This document shows, piece after piece, positions 36,271 through 46,030 of a stretch of DNA of 64,000 nt; the stretch's first letter is position 1; every line of letters starts with the position of its first letter. This stretch comes from Minisyncoccota bacterium (GTDB lineage Bacteria; Patescibacteriota; Minisyncoccia; Phycocordibacterales; UBA6065), in the NCBI GenBank assembly GCA_035714745.1, contig DASTLR010000007.1, positions 6,205 to 70,204 on the forward strand. Direction: 5' to 3'. A program made the translations under genes and the position numbers. The notes beneath the pieces were generated by a model. The model searched no databases, was not told the DNA's origin, and saw only the letters and a program-made list of their open reading frames with translations.

Positions 36271-37824
36271 CTAGAGGGCATCCGCCGTCACGCTGGCCGA
36301 GTCGGGCTTCTGCGGGGTGAACACCGCTTCGTGGAGCGGCTTCAAGCGCTTGCGCATGTAGCCCTGCGGAGCCGCCGCGAATATGTACGGCAGGAACATG
36401 CCGACGTTAAAGGCGCACCACGAGGCGTTGTTGATGACCGATGCCGAGAAGCCCTCGCGCCCGACCGCATAGCCAAAGCCGACGACGGCCAGGACGACGT
36501 AGGCGATGTGCGGCGCCGCCAGGTGGAGGAAGTTGCCCTTCAGGCCTTTCTTTGCCGTCACCGAGAAGCCGACCTTCTGTCCGGTCAGCACGGACCAGAG
36601 GGCGCGGATCTGGATCCAGAACGACGAGAGCGAGAAGGACAGGGCGCGGAAGGAGAAGCGGTCGTTCGAGGTAGCGGACAGCACGCCTATGGTCAGGAAG
36701 ATATACGGGATGAAGACCAGGGCCAGGAGCATGGTGTCGATCCTCACTGGGATCAGGTCGAAGTAGAAGAAGAGCAGCGGCAAAGAGACGTTCATGAGCA
36801 CCACCGCGCCCGAAAGGAAGTACGAGACGGACGAGAGGTACTGGATCTTTTGCTGGAAGCGGAGGCCGCGGCGGAAGAGCAGCCCATAGCGAAAGACGAC
36901 GTCGAGCGCTCCCCTGGCCCACCTGAACTGCTGCTTGGTGTACGACAGGAAATCCTCGGGCGCCAGGCCTTCGGCGAGCACTTCGGGCACATAGAGCGAT
37001 CGCCAACCCCTCTCGTGGATGAAGAGCCCTGTGGCGAAATCCTCGGCGATGGATTCCGTGCACATGCCGCCGACCTGCTCCAGGGCTTTGCGCGAGATGA
37101 CCATATTGGTGCCGCACATAGTGGCGGCGTTCAAGCGGTTCTTGCCCCTGCAGATCGGGCCAAAGAAGAGCTCCTGCTGCTCCCAGGACGACAGGGCGAC
37201 GGCGTTCTCATGGGCGTTCTTGTAGAACTGCGGGGTCTGGACGAAGCCCAGCTTTGGGTCGGCGAAATATCCCATGGTCTTTTTCAGGAAATCGGCGTGC
37301 GGCACGTGGTCCGCGTCAAAGACAGCCACGTACGGCGAGCGCGTCTCGCGCAGGGCGTTATTGATATTGCCCGCCTTTGCCCCTCCCGGCGCCGTTCGGG
37401 TGATGCAATGGACGCCCAGCCTCTTTGCCAGGGCTACCACGTCTTCCCAATCGTCTTTTTTGGCCACGAAGCCGTCGTTCAATATATAGACCTTGTGGTT
37501 CGGATAGTCCATGTCGCGCGCGGCCGCCGCGGTCGCCTCGACGATGTCGATCGGCTCCCCTGCCACGGTGATGAAGACGTCGACTGGCGGCGCGAGATCC
37601 GGGTCGTGCCGGGCTTTGTGGTCCAGGCGCCAGACCGTATGCAGATACGTCAAAGCCTGCCAGGTATGGAAGACCTCTCCGGCGATCAGCAGCCAAAAGA
37701 GGATCTCGTTGCCGTGCGGAAAGAAGAACAGCAGGACGAAGAAATAGACGAGGGCCATAAGGAGGTTCGCCCCCAGGATGAGCCGGGTCGGCGCGCTCGA
37801 CAGGAATTGGGTTTTCGATGGCAT
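36271..37824 (-). CDS. family-2 glycosyltransferase, cellulose-synthase-like
   Basis: DAD (VFDADH), TED (ESIAED) and QQFRWARG (QxxRW) motifs of processive GT2 synthases. N- and C-terminal TM helices. Confidence 0.8.
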   Translation of the reverse strand: MPSKTQFLSSAPTRLILGANLLMALVYFFVLLFFFPHGNEILFWLLIAGEVFHTWQALTYLHTVWRLDHKARHDPDLAPPVDVFITVAGEPIDIVEATAAAARDMDYPNHKVYILNDGFVAKKDDWEDVVALAKRLGVHCITRTAPGGAKAGNINNALRETRSPYVAVFDADHVPHADFLKKTMGYFADPKLGFVQTPQFYKNAHENAVALSSWEQQELFFGPICRGKNRLNAATMCGTNMVISRKALEQVGGMCTESIAEDFATGLFIHERGWRSLYVPEVLAEGLAPEDFLSYTKQQFRWARGALDVVFRYGLLFRRGLRFQQKIQYLSSVSYFLSGAVVLMNVSLPLLFFYFDLIPVRIDTMLLALVFIPYIFLTIGVLSATSNDRFSFRALSFSLSSFWIQIRALWSVLTGQKVGFSVTAKKGLKGNFLHLAAPHIAYVVLAVVGFGYAVGREGFSASVINNASWCAFNVGMFLPYIFAAAPQGYMRKRLKPLHEAVFTPQKPDSASVTADAL

Positions 37825-37829
37825 AGTCG

Positions 37830-39317
37830 TTATGGATAGCGAAGCTTATAAACGTACAGGGTCAGGCCGGGGGAGAACGGCACCATCTCGAGCCTCTGGT
37901 AGTGCTTGTCCATATAGAGGCGCAGGTCTTCCTCATAGCCCTGGTCATAGCCCATCAAGAGATAGAGTCTGCCGTAGACGCCCGACCACGTATCAAGGCT
38001 CTGCCGGAGCGCCCCTTCAGAGTACGGCTGGGCGACCTTGCCCTTGGCGAAACGATCCCAGCGCGGGAAGCTCTGCAGGCTGGCCGATCCCCGGTAGTAG
38101 TACTCGACCGGGTACGTGATGAACGGAGCGGAAACGACGAAGAGGTCGCTCGGGGTCGCATGGGCAGTCACGTACGCTGATGCCGAGCGGAAATCCTCCT
38201 TGACCGGCGACGACGGATCAAACGCTTGGGCCGCCAGAGCGGCAAGGAGGAGGGCCGCCAGCGCTCCCACGGCAAGGCTCCTGGCCCAGCCGCGATACGA
38301 GGAGAGGAAGAAAGAGGCCAGGATATAGAGCGACGGCAGGCAGATGATCAGATAGCGCGAAAGAAAGATCGGCTGGAGCGTCGCCGAGACCAGGAAGGCC
38401 AAGACAACCGGCACGAAGGAGGCGGCGAGCAGGTATGCGGTCTCCGGCTCGCGCGATCGCCTGCGCGCCAGAAAAGTGAAGCCTACAAGGACCAAGAGAG
38501 GCCACAGCGAGAGGAAGACGGTGTTGACCGGATCCGACTGGAAGCCGATGATGAAGTTCGAGAAGACGTTGAAGAAGTCAACCGTCGTCGGCCGCTCCAG
38601 CACAGGGTTAGTCAGGCCGGCGCCGGCCGCGTAACGGTAGGCGAACCACGCCAGGTACCCGGCGCCGGCCGCCGCCATCAGCCATAGGAACCTCTTGAGC
38701 GCGTCCTTTTGAAAGAGTTCTTTCCGTACCGCGAAGAACGCGACCTGCACCGCGGCGATAAAGACGAAGAAGAGGTGCGTAAAGAGGCCCAAGAGGATGA
38801 CGAGCGAATACCAGAACCAGCCGTCGGCGGTCGGCCTCTTCCACAGCCTGATAAAGAGCAGGTGGCTGAGCGCGGCCAACAGGAACATCAGCGAATACAT
38901 GCGCGCCTCCGAGCCATACCAGTTCATAAAGGGCGAAACGGACGTGACCAGGGCGGCTACATAGGCCACGCGGGGAGAATAGGCCTCCAGAGACAGATAG
39001 AACACCGCGGGCACGGAGAGCACGAAGAATACCAGAGAGAACAGGCGCAGAGCGGCCGCAGAGGTGCCAAAGGCGACCTCCCAGAAGTGCAGGCCGATGA
39101 AGTAGAGCGGCACGTGCACGTCCTTTGCCACAACGTTCAGGACTCCGCCGAGCGAGCGGGACGTCTGCCAGATGCTCTGGGCCTCGTCCAGGCGGATGCT
39201 CTGCCCCATCCAGACAAAGAACGAGAGGAGAGCGGAAAGGAGGCAGAGCAGGCTCAGATAGGCCGCCGGAGCGAGGAGGAGGCCGTCTGTTTTCAGCGCG
39301 CGTTCTCGTATAGCCAT
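37830..39317 (-). CDS. polytopic membrane glycosyltransferase, GT39/ArnT (PMT_2)-like
   Basis: At least ten TM helices in the layout of dolichyl-phosphate-mannose-protein mannosyltransferase-like enzymes. Start set 4 nt downstream of the upstream gene stop. Confidence 0.5.
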   Translation of the reverse strand: MAIRERALKTDGLLLAPAAYLSLLCLLSALLSFFVWMGQSIRLDEAQSIWQTSRSLGGVLNVVAKDVHVPLYFIGLHFWEVAFGTSAAALRLFSLVFFVLSVPAVFYLSLEAYSPRVAYVAALVTSVSPFMNWYGSEARMYSLMFLLAALSHLLFIRLWKRPTADGWFWYSLVILLGLFTHLFFVFIAAVQVAFFAVRKELFQKDALKRFLWLMAAAGAGYLAWFAYRYAAGAGLTNPVLERPTTVDFFNVFSNFIIGFQSDPVNTVFLSLWPLLVLVGFTFLARRRSREPETAYLLAASFVPVVLAFLVSATLQPIFLSRYLIICLPSLYILASFFLSSYRGWARSLAVGALAALLLAALAAQAFDPSSPVKEDFRSASAYVTAHATPSDLFVVSAPFITYPVEYYYRGSASLQSFPRWDRFAKGKVAQPYSEGALRQSLDTWSGVYGRLYLLMGYDQGYEEDLRLYMDKHYQRLEMVPFSPGLTLYVYKLRYP

Positions 39318-39321
39318 GGTT

Positions 39322-40593
39322 TTATTTCGCGCTATGCGCGGCATAATTGATATCGCCATACAGGTTCGTAAGCTCGCCGGCATACAGGGCTATGCCGAAC
39401 CACGCCCAATTCTCGTCATAATAGGACTGCGGCTTGGCCCACTTCGACTCGTTGGTGTCATAGACGGCCTCAAGCTTCCGCCGATAGACAGCGTCGGCAT
39501 CGGCCACATCGGATACGGCGAAATACCCCATCGCCCCGCCGTACATAGAGAGCGCCTGGTCCTCGGTCAGCCTCGCCCCGTCGTGGCGGTACGATGTCGC
39601 CAGACTGCCCTTGGCCCGCCATTCGCTCCGCAGGAAACCCATCTTGTCCAAGGCCTCCTTTGCCCGCGGATCGCTCGTCCAGGCATAATCCAGAGCCAGG
39701 CGCCACGGCAGGCGCATAGCGTCAAAGCTGAAATTCGTCGAGAGACCCGTCGAGGCAGGCGCGGCCGAGACGGCGCCCGTCGCCTTGTCGACGACCACCC
39801 AATCGGGCGGAATGGTGGCGCTCGCCCCCGAATCCAAGGTCAGCCGCATGCTCTGGTCGATCACTTCGTATGAGGTCGAAGCCAGGGCGCGCCAGTCATG
39901 GACAGGGTCGACCTCAGCGAATATCTTGTAGGCATAGGGCGAGAGATAGGACGGATTGACCACGATGGTGCCCTTGCTCGTCGTCTTCTCGACGTTGTTG
40001 GCGGCCAGGTACGGCCTGCCGCCGATCGTCACCACCTCCTTGTTCCAGATGTCGCGCACGATGAGGATGCCGTCGCCGAAATACTTCTGGTCGTTCCAGC
40101 GCCGAGAGGCGAAGATGAGCGCCAGGGCGATATCGCTGTCTGCGTCCGAGGCCGTGTTGTAGCCACCCTGGTCTCGCAGGACGCCGTACGATCCGTCGGC
40201 CCTCTTGCCAAAGAGCCAGCTCACCAGATGGTCCTCCTTTCTCTGGAGGTTGTCCTTCGTCCACTGCCAGGACGAATCGAACGTGTCCTTGTCGTCCATC
40301 CAGGCGGCGCGCAAAAGGGTATAGCTCTGCCCTTCCGAGGTCGTGATGTTGTCTCTCTGCTTGTCTAGGCTGCGCAGCGAGCTGGGCTCCAGATAGTTCA
40401 GCTTGTACTGGTACCAGAGGGCGGCCAGCATGTTCCTCTTCGAGAATTCCGGCGGGCGCATGTCTAAGATGCCCCCAATGTTAAGAGCGAAAGCCGCTAC
40501 AAGGACGACGATGACGATACACGTGCCGTACACGAGGGCCGAGAGTTGGGTATGGCTTTGTTCGGTCATGGTGAAAATCTGCTTATGATCCAA
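39322..40593 (-). CDS. glycoside hydrolase family 8 endoglucanase (BcsZ-like)
   Basis: TTSEGQSYTLLRAAWMDD matches the GH8 signature (ATSEGQSYGM). N-terminal TM anchor. Confidence 0.82.
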   Translation of the reverse strand: MDHKQIFTMTEQSHTQLSALVYGTCIVIVVLVAAFALNIGGILDMRPPEFSKRNMLAALWYQYKLNYLEPSSLRSLDKQRDNITTSEGQSYTLLRAAWMDDKDTFDSSWQWTKDNLQRKEDHLVSWLFGKRADGSYGVLRDQGGYNTASDADSDIALALIFASRRWNDQKYFGDGILIVRDIWNKEVVTIGGRPYLAANNVEKTTSKGTIVVNPSYLSPYAYKIFAEVDPVHDWRALASTSYEVIDQSMRLTLDSGASATIPPDWVVVDKATGAVSAAPASTGLSTNFSFDAMRLPWRLALDYAWTSDPRAKEALDKMGFLRSEWRAKGSLATSYRHDGARLTEDQALSMYGGAMGYFAVSDVADADAVYRRKLEAVYDTNESKWAKPQSYYDENWAWFGIALYAGELTNLYGDINYAAHSAK

Positions 40594-40641
40594 GCCGGTC
40601 GTATGTAGTACGCATGTACCGGCGCCGTTGTCTCATATACA

Positions 40642-41502
40642 ATGGAGGGCATGAAGACCATCTGCATATACCACAAAGACTGCACGGACGGCACGGCCGC
40701 TGCGGCAATAGTCCTGCGCAAGCATCCCGACGCCGTCCTCTACCCCCTCGGCCACGGCTATGATCCGCGAGAACTCGAGCCCATCCTAGCCTCCGTCGAA
40801 AAAGGCGATCGCATCCTGACCGTCGACTGCGCCATAGGCGCCCGCGAGTTCCTGGCCGCCGGCCACGCCGTCACGACCATCGACCACCATGTCGGGGCCC
40901 AGGGCGAATATGCGAAGCTCGCCGCCGAGAACCCTGCCTATACCTTCATCTTTGACGAGAAGCATTCGGGCGCCGGCCTGACGTGGATCACCCTCTTTCC
41001 CGACGAGCCGATGCCCGAGCTCGTCAAGCTCGTCGAGGACCAGGACATCTGGAACTGGCGCTATTCGCCTGATACCGATAACGTCACCAACCGCCTGTGG
41101 ATGCTCGACAACCGCCCCGACGAGGTGCTGCGCCTGATGTTCCAACCGCTCGACGGCCTAAAGAAAGAAGGCCGTGCGATCACCGAATACAAGCAGGCCC
41201 TAATCCAGAGGGCTATGGCCAAGGCCGAGCCGACCCAAGTCATGGTCGGCGCCTTCAAGGTGCCTTTCTATAATCTGACGGACTTCAAGTCGGAGCTCGG
41301 CAACCTCCTCTGCGCCAAGCATGGGGGTACGGTCGCGCTCTACACCGTCGAGGCCCTCCACATGCGCGTCAGCTTCCGCTCGCTCGAGGCCCATACGCCC
41401 TCGGCCCTGGACATCGCCAAGCTGGTCGGCGGCAACGGCCACCGCAACGCCGCCGGAGCAAAGATGGAGCTGGACAAGTTCTACGGGAATATCGTGAGAT
41501 AA
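40642..41502 (+). CDS. DHH-family phosphoesterase with DHHA1 domain (NrnA-like)
   Basis: ICIYHKDCTDG (DHH-family N-terminal motif), TIDHH and C-terminal GGNGHRNAAGA (DHHA1 GGGH motif). The true start may be Met4 at 40651. Confidence 0.75.
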   Translation: MEGMKTICIYHKDCTDGTAAAAIVLRKHPDAVLYPLGHGYDPRELEPILASVEKGDRILTVDCAIGAREFLAAGHAVTTIDHHVGAQGEYAKLAAENPAYTFIFDEKHSGAGLTWITLFPDEPMPELVKLVEDQDIWNWRYSPDTDNVTNRLWMLDNRPDEVLRLMFQPLDGLKKEGRAITEYKQALIQRAMAKAEPTQVMVGAFKVPFYNLTDFKSELGNLLCAKHGGTVALYTVEALHMRVSFRSLEAHTPSALDIAKLVGGNGHRNAAGAKMELDKFYGNIVR

Positions 41503-41507
41503 AAGAA

Positions 41508-41546
41508 AGAAGGCGGGGAATCTTGCCTCCCCGCCTTCTTTTATAG
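41508..41546. terminator. bidirectional rho-independent terminator
   Basis: Perfect 10-bp stem GAAGGCGGGG/CCCCGCCTTC followed by TTTTAT. It lies between convergent genes. Confidence 0.6.
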
Positions 41547-41558
41547 ACCCTGTGGCCC

Positions 41559-41711
41559 TTAGGCTACAGGATTGCGGCCTTGGATGATCCTGACCAGGAA
41601 CATGATGATGGCCACGACGAGGAGGATGTGGATGAACCCGCCGAGCGTATACGAAGTGACCAGGCCGAGGATCCAGAGGACCAGAAGGATCGTTGCTAAA
41701 GTTATGAGCAT
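41559..41711 (-). CDS. lmo0937-family small membrane protein (50 aa)
   Basis: MLITLATILLVLWILGLVTSYTLGGFIHILLVVAIIMFLVRIIQGRNPVA matches the conserved LVLWLLG...GGxIHxLLVIAIV...RLIQGR pattern. Not in the ORF track. Confidence 0.55.
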   Translation of the reverse strand: MLITLATILLVLWILGLVTSYTLGGFIHILLVVAIIMFLVRIIQGRNPVA

Positions 41712-42110
41712 GTTCTTTATATGCTAATCGCTTGTAATCAGTGGTTCGTGGATACTACGCGGCTCCCGCTCCAAAAGTTACCATCCCGAAACGCAAAATG
41801 CCTCCCGAGAGGAGGACATTATGCGACGCTGAACCGGCTATGCCGGCCCTGGGACGAAGAGATCGCCCAGGAAGCGTGATTCCCTTGCAGCACTATTTTG
41901 ATCTTTTGAGATTGTGTGTACAAAGAGCTTCCGTATCTAATACGCCCCTCGGGCCCCCATAGGCTCTGTACATGAGCATGGATATGTAGTCCGATTCGGG
42001 CGCCAAAGCCGAAACAATGGCGGAAAGGCTCCCGTACTATCGGTGAGAGACGCTCGGGACGAACAGGCTATCGGCATGACCTCTCTCGGCTCGCTTACAT
42101 CGACAGACAT

Positions 42111-42578
42111 ATGGCGCTCGCAAAGACCATCGCATCTCGGACATACGGATCGCGCCTCGCGGAATACGCAAGATTCGGCTTTACCGGGGCTCTCAATACA
42201 GGTACGGATTTCGTCGTGCTCAACAGCCTTCTCTCTATCACCGGAGGCTCTCACGGCGCATATCTGGCATGCAAGGCCGTTTCGTTCGCCATCGCGGTCG
42301 TCCAAAGCTACTTCCTGAACAAGTATTGGGTATTCCAAGCCAAAGGCGAGGGCAAGAACATGGAAGAGACCGCTCGCTTCTTTGCCGTGTCAGTCGCAGG
42401 GCTGGTCTTCAATATCGTGGGATCGTCCATAGTCTTTGGCCTCCTGGGCGCCCTTAACGTCTTTGACTTCAGGGTCAGGGCGAACATCGGCGCCCTAGTC
42501 GGCACCCTGCTCGTCCTGGCCTGGAACTACACCGGCTATAAATTCTTCGTCTTTAAAAAGCTCGCCACCCTAAAATGA
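42111..42578 (+). CDS. GtrA-family membrane protein
   Basis: Four-TM protein with N-terminal YARFGFTGALNTGTDFVVLNSL, typical of GtrA-like flippase-associated proteins. Confidence 0.72.
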   Translation: MALAKTIASRTYGSRLAEYARFGFTGALNTGTDFVVLNSLLSITGGSHGAYLACKAVSFAIAVVQSYFLNKYWVFQAKGEGKNMEETARFFAVSVAGLVFNIVGSSIVFGLLGALNVFDFRVRANIGALVGTLLVLAWNYTGYKFFVFKKLATLK

Positions 42579-42587
42579 AACCTCCCC

Positions 42588-43487
42588 ATGAACAACATAT
42601 ACCTTTCCGTAGTGATCCCGGCATATAACGAAGAAAAAAGAATCGGCGCCACCCTCGCCGATTTAAAGCGATATTTTTCCGACAAGGGCTATGCTTACGA
42701 GGTTATCGTCGTGTCAGACGGCTCGACCGACGGCACGGCCGAAGCGGTATCGCGGTTCGCCAAAGGGTTCCCCGCCCTCAAGCTGATCGACAACAAAGAG
42801 AATCGAGGCAAGGGCTATGCCGTGCGCTGCGGCATGCTCGAGGCGCGAGGGCAATACCGCCTCTTTATGGATGCAGATAATTCCGTGACCATCGACACCG
42901 TAGAGCCGTTCATAGAAGAAGCGCGAAAAAGCGGCTGCGACGTGACCATCGGCTCGATCGCCTTTTCAGCCGAAGCCAAGGTCGTCGAGCATAACGGCTG
43001 GCATAGGCGGGTCTTTGGCTCGGTGTCGAAGCTCCTAGTCCGCGCGGTGGCCACTCCGGGCATCTACGACACGCAGCGCGGCTTCAAGCTTTTCACCGGC
43101 AGGGCCGCCCAAGCCGTCTTTCCCCAGCAGAAAGTCGACCGCTTCGGCTTTGACATCGAGCTCCTGGTCATCGCGCGCGCCCACGGATTCTCCATCCGCG
43201 AATTGCCGGTGGCCTGGGATAATCCAGCGGGATCAAAGGTGCATATGCGCGCCTATCTCGATTCTTTCGTCGAGCTGTGGAAGATATACGCGAATATGCT
43301 GCGCGGCTCGTATGACCCGAACGGCGAGCGCCGCACCAGCCTGCAGAGAGCCAGCTTCCTCGTCCTCTTTCTGGGCGAGTTCCCAGCCCTGCTCTCGCGC
43401 TTCGTCCGCGAGCTCCTGACGACAAAGATCCGCCTACAGGAGATCCGTGACGGCTTCTCGCGCCAAAGCCAGCATGAAGCGGCCTAG
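42588..43487 (+). CDS. family-2 glycosyltransferase (dolichyl-phosphate mannose/glucose synthase-like)
   Basis: LSVVIPAYNEE...VIVVSDGSTDGT...FMDADN are GT-A fold motifs. The gene follows gtrA-like with a 9-nt gap. Confidence 0.85.
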   Translation: MNNIYLSVVIPAYNEEKRIGATLADLKRYFSDKGYAYEVIVVSDGSTDGTAEAVSRFAKGFPALKLIDNKENRGKGYAVRCGMLEARGQYRLFMDADNSVTIDTVEPFIEEARKSGCDVTIGSIAFSAEAKVVEHNGWHRRVFGSVSKLLVRAVATPGIYDTQRGFKLFTGRAAQAVFPQQKVDRFGFDIELLVIARAHGFSIRELPVAWDNPAGSKVHMRAYLDSFVELWKIYANMLRGSYDPNGERRTSLQRASFLVLFLGEFPALLSRFVRELLTTKIRLQEIRDGFSRQSQHEAA

Positions 43488-43526
43488 ATGCGAGCGAAAG
43501 CCCGGCAAGTTCCGGGCTTTTTGCGT

Positions 43527-43988
43527 TTATCGAACCGCCGGCGAAGACGTTGCCATCCTAACGGGCCTGATCTGTACGGACTGGGCCGTGACGCTGCCGT
43601 CTGGGTTCGCCGATCCCGTGACCATAACGTTGGTGCCGACAGCCAAGTCTGCAAGCGACCCGGAAACGGTCTTTGCCACCTGGGTCGAGCCGCCGATAAA
43701 GACGATCTTCGAACCGCCGTCCTGAAGCTTGACCGTGACCGACTGGCCGTCCCGGGCTATGACCGTGCCGCCGATGAAGCCGCCCTGGACTCCGGGACCG
43801 CCCTGCCCTCCGATATTCCTTTGGAAGACCAAGCCTCCTCCGGCGCCGTTGGAATTGACGCGCATGCCGCCCGCCGCGGCCGCCCTCTGCGAGCCGCCCT
43901 TGGCGCCCGACGCCATGGCGTATCCTCCCCAAAAGAATATCGCCGCTATCGCTACCGCTCCTATCGCCGTCTTTGCGTTATTATTCAT
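43527..43988 (-). CDS. secreted Gly-rich protein
   Basis: Signal peptide and GG-rich low-complexity region followed by a beta-rich domain. Confidence 0.4.
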   Translation of the reverse strand: MNNNAKTAIGAVAIAAIFFWGGYAMASGAKGGSQRAAAAGGMRVNSNGAGGGLVFQRNIGGQGGPGVQGGFIGGTVIARDGQSVTVKLQDGGSKIVFIGGSTQVAKTVSGSLADLAVGTNVMVTGSANPDGSVTAQSVQIRPVRMATSSPAVR

Positions 43989-44042
43989 CTCCTTTCTTTC
44001 TGATTATCTTTGTGCTCTTTGTAATGTGTATGTTCTTTGCTC

Positions 44043-45275
44043 CTACTCATACCTCAACGCTTCTATCGGATTCAGCATCGACGCCCGCCGGGCCGGATAG
44101 TAGCCAAAGATGATGCCGATGCCCGCCGACACGCCGAAGGCCAGCAGGACCGACGACAGCGATACCTGCGCCTGGAGGATGCCGAAATACCCCAAGGCGA
44201 GCGATATGCCCCAGCCGATGGCGACGCCGATAGCCCCGCCCAAAAAGGTCAGGACCACCGCCTCGACGAGGAATTGCAGGCTGATGTCGCGCCGTTTGGC
44301 GCCAATGGCTTTGCGCAGGCCGATCTCGCGCGTCCTCTCGGTGACGGTGGTGAGCATCATGTTCATGATGCCGATGCCTCCGACCAAGAGCGATATGCCC
44401 GCCACGGCCGCCAGGAGCATGGTGAAAGTCCCCGTGACCGAGGACGCGGTAGCGACGATATCGGCCTGGTTGAGCACGCTGAAATCAGCCTGCGCCGGGT
44501 CCGAGATCCGGTGCCTGGCCAAGAGGATGTCGCCTATCTCGGCCTGCAGAGCAGCCATTGACTGGGCATCGCTCGCCTGGACGCTGATCGAGGTCACATA
44601 CGTTCCTCCCGCCAGGTACCTCTGGGCGCTCCCCAGGGGCACATATATCACGTCATCCTGGCTGCCGAAGCCCGATCCTCCTTTCGCCGCGGTCACGCCG
44701 ATGACCTTGAACTGCACGCCCTTGATACGGATGACCTGGCCGATGGCGCTCTGGGCGTCCGCATCCGCCCCGAACAGGTCGCCGAGCGCGGTGGGCCCGA
44801 GCACGGCGACCTTTGCCGCGCCCTTTGACTGCTCGTCGGCGATGAAATCTCCTGCCGCCACCTGGACGTTGCGCACGCCGGGATACGCCGCCGTCGCGCC
44901 GACGACCGAGGTATTGGTGTTCGTGCCCTTGGCCGTCACCTGGTAGCGCCCAGAGAGTTCGGGAGCCACTGCCTTCGCTAGGCTGGATTGCGAGGCGATG
45001 GCCTCGGCGTCCGAGCTCACGAGCGTACGCGAGGCCCCCCTGCCCGTGCTGACCTGGAAGCCCTGGGTGCGCTGGGCGCCCGGCGTGACGATGATGAGGT
45101 TCGAACCGATCGACTGGATGCTCGCTTGGATGGCGTTCTTGGCGCCGTTGCCGATGGCCGTCATGGCTATGACGGAGGCGATGCCGATGACGATGCCGAG
45201 CATGGTCAGACCGGTGCGTACTTTGTTAGCCGACAGAGCGGCGCGAGTCTCGTCGATAAGATCAATGGTTCTCAT
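44043..45275 (-). CDS. ABC transporter permease, MacB/FtsX-like
   Basis: N-terminal TM helix, a large periplasmic domain and a C-terminal FtsX 3-TM bundle. The gene overlaps the ATPase gene stop by 4 nt. Confidence 0.82.
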   Translation of the reverse strand: MRTIDLIDETRAALSANKVRTGLTMLGIVIGIASVIAMTAIGNGAKNAIQASIQSIGSNLIIVTPGAQRTQGFQVSTGRGASRTLVSSDAEAIASQSSLAKAVAPELSGRYQVTAKGTNTNTSVVGATAAYPGVRNVQVAAGDFIADEQSKGAAKVAVLGPTALGDLFGADADAQSAIGQVIRIKGVQFKVIGVTAAKGGSGFGSQDDVIYVPLGSAQRYLAGGTYVTSISVQASDAQSMAALQAEIGDILLARHRISDPAQADFSVLNQADIVATASSVTGTFTMLLAAVAGISLLVGGIGIMNMMLTTVTERTREIGLRKAIGAKRRDISLQFLVEAVVLTFLGGAIGVAIGWGISLALGYFGILQAQVSLSSVLLAFGVSAGIGIIFGYYPARRASMLNPIEALRYE

Positions 45276-46027
45276 ATGCGTGCGATGCGGCGCGCATGCG
45301 AAGCTGAATCGCTCTGGATGACGCCGTCCTTGATACAGATGATCCTGTCCGCATGCTCCGCCACGTCGTGCTCGTGGGTGATGAGCACGATGGTCCTGCC
45401 CTCCTCCCTATTCAGCCTCTGAAAGGTGCCCAGGACGATCTCGCCCGTCCGGGAATCCAGGTTTCCCGTGGGCTCGTCGGCCAGGATGAGCGTCGGGTCG
45501 TTCACCAGGGCGCGGGCGATGGCTACGCGCTGGATCTGTCCGCCCGACAGCTCGTTCGAGCGGTGATGGAAATGGCTCTCGTCGAGCCCCGCCGATATGA
45601 GCGCCGCCCTCGCCCTCTCTTCTCTGGTGTTCTTCGTGTTCTTAGTGTTCTTGGTGTTCTCTGTGTTCTTCGTATTCCCCGCGTCCCCCTCCCCATACAC
45701 CAGCGGCAATATGACGTTGCGCAGGACGGTCGTCCTCGGCAACAGGTTGAACGACTGAAAGACGAAGCCTATCTTGCTCCTTCTGATATCCGCCAGCTCG
45801 TCGTCGGAGAGGGTCGATACGTCCTTGCCATCCAGGACGTAGGTGCCCCGAGAGGGCGTGTCCAAGGCTCCCAAGATATGCATAAGGGTCGATTTGCCCG
45901 ATCCCGAAGGGCCCATAACGGCCACGAACTCGCCGTCGCGGACGGTAAAGCTCACCCCGCGCAGAGCCTGAAAGGCCACGTCGGTGCCTTCAGAATATGT
46001 CTTGGCGACGTCCTTGATCTCGATCAT
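45272..46027 (-). CDS. ABC transporter ATP-binding protein (MacB/LolD-like) with NTK-repeat insertion
   Basis: Walker A (GPSGSGKST), Q-loop, signature ([15 protein letters not shown]), Walker B ([11 protein letters not shown]) and H-loop are present. An insertion [21 protein letters not shown] precedes the signature motif. Confidence 0.88.
   Translation of the reverse strand: MIEIKDVAKTYSEGTDVAFQALRGVSFTVRDGEFVAVMGPSGSGKSTLMHILGALDTPSRGTYVLDGKDVSTLSDDELADIRRSKIGFVFQSFNLLPRTTVLRNVILPLVYGEGDAGNTKNTENTKNTKNTKNTREERARAALISAGLDESHFHHRSNELSGGQIQRVAIARALVNDPTLILADEPTGNLDSRTGEIVLGTFQRLNREEGRTIVLITHEHDVAEHADRIICIKDGVIQSDSASHARRIARI
45626..45679. repeat. in-frame 9-bp tandem repeat (x6) NGTGTTCTT inside ABC ATPase gene
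   Basis: GGTGTTCTT CGTGTTCTT AGTGTTCTT GGTGTTCTC TGTGTTCTT CGTATTC, encoding (NTK)n on the coding strand. Confidence 0.85.
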
Positions 46028-46030
46028 GGC

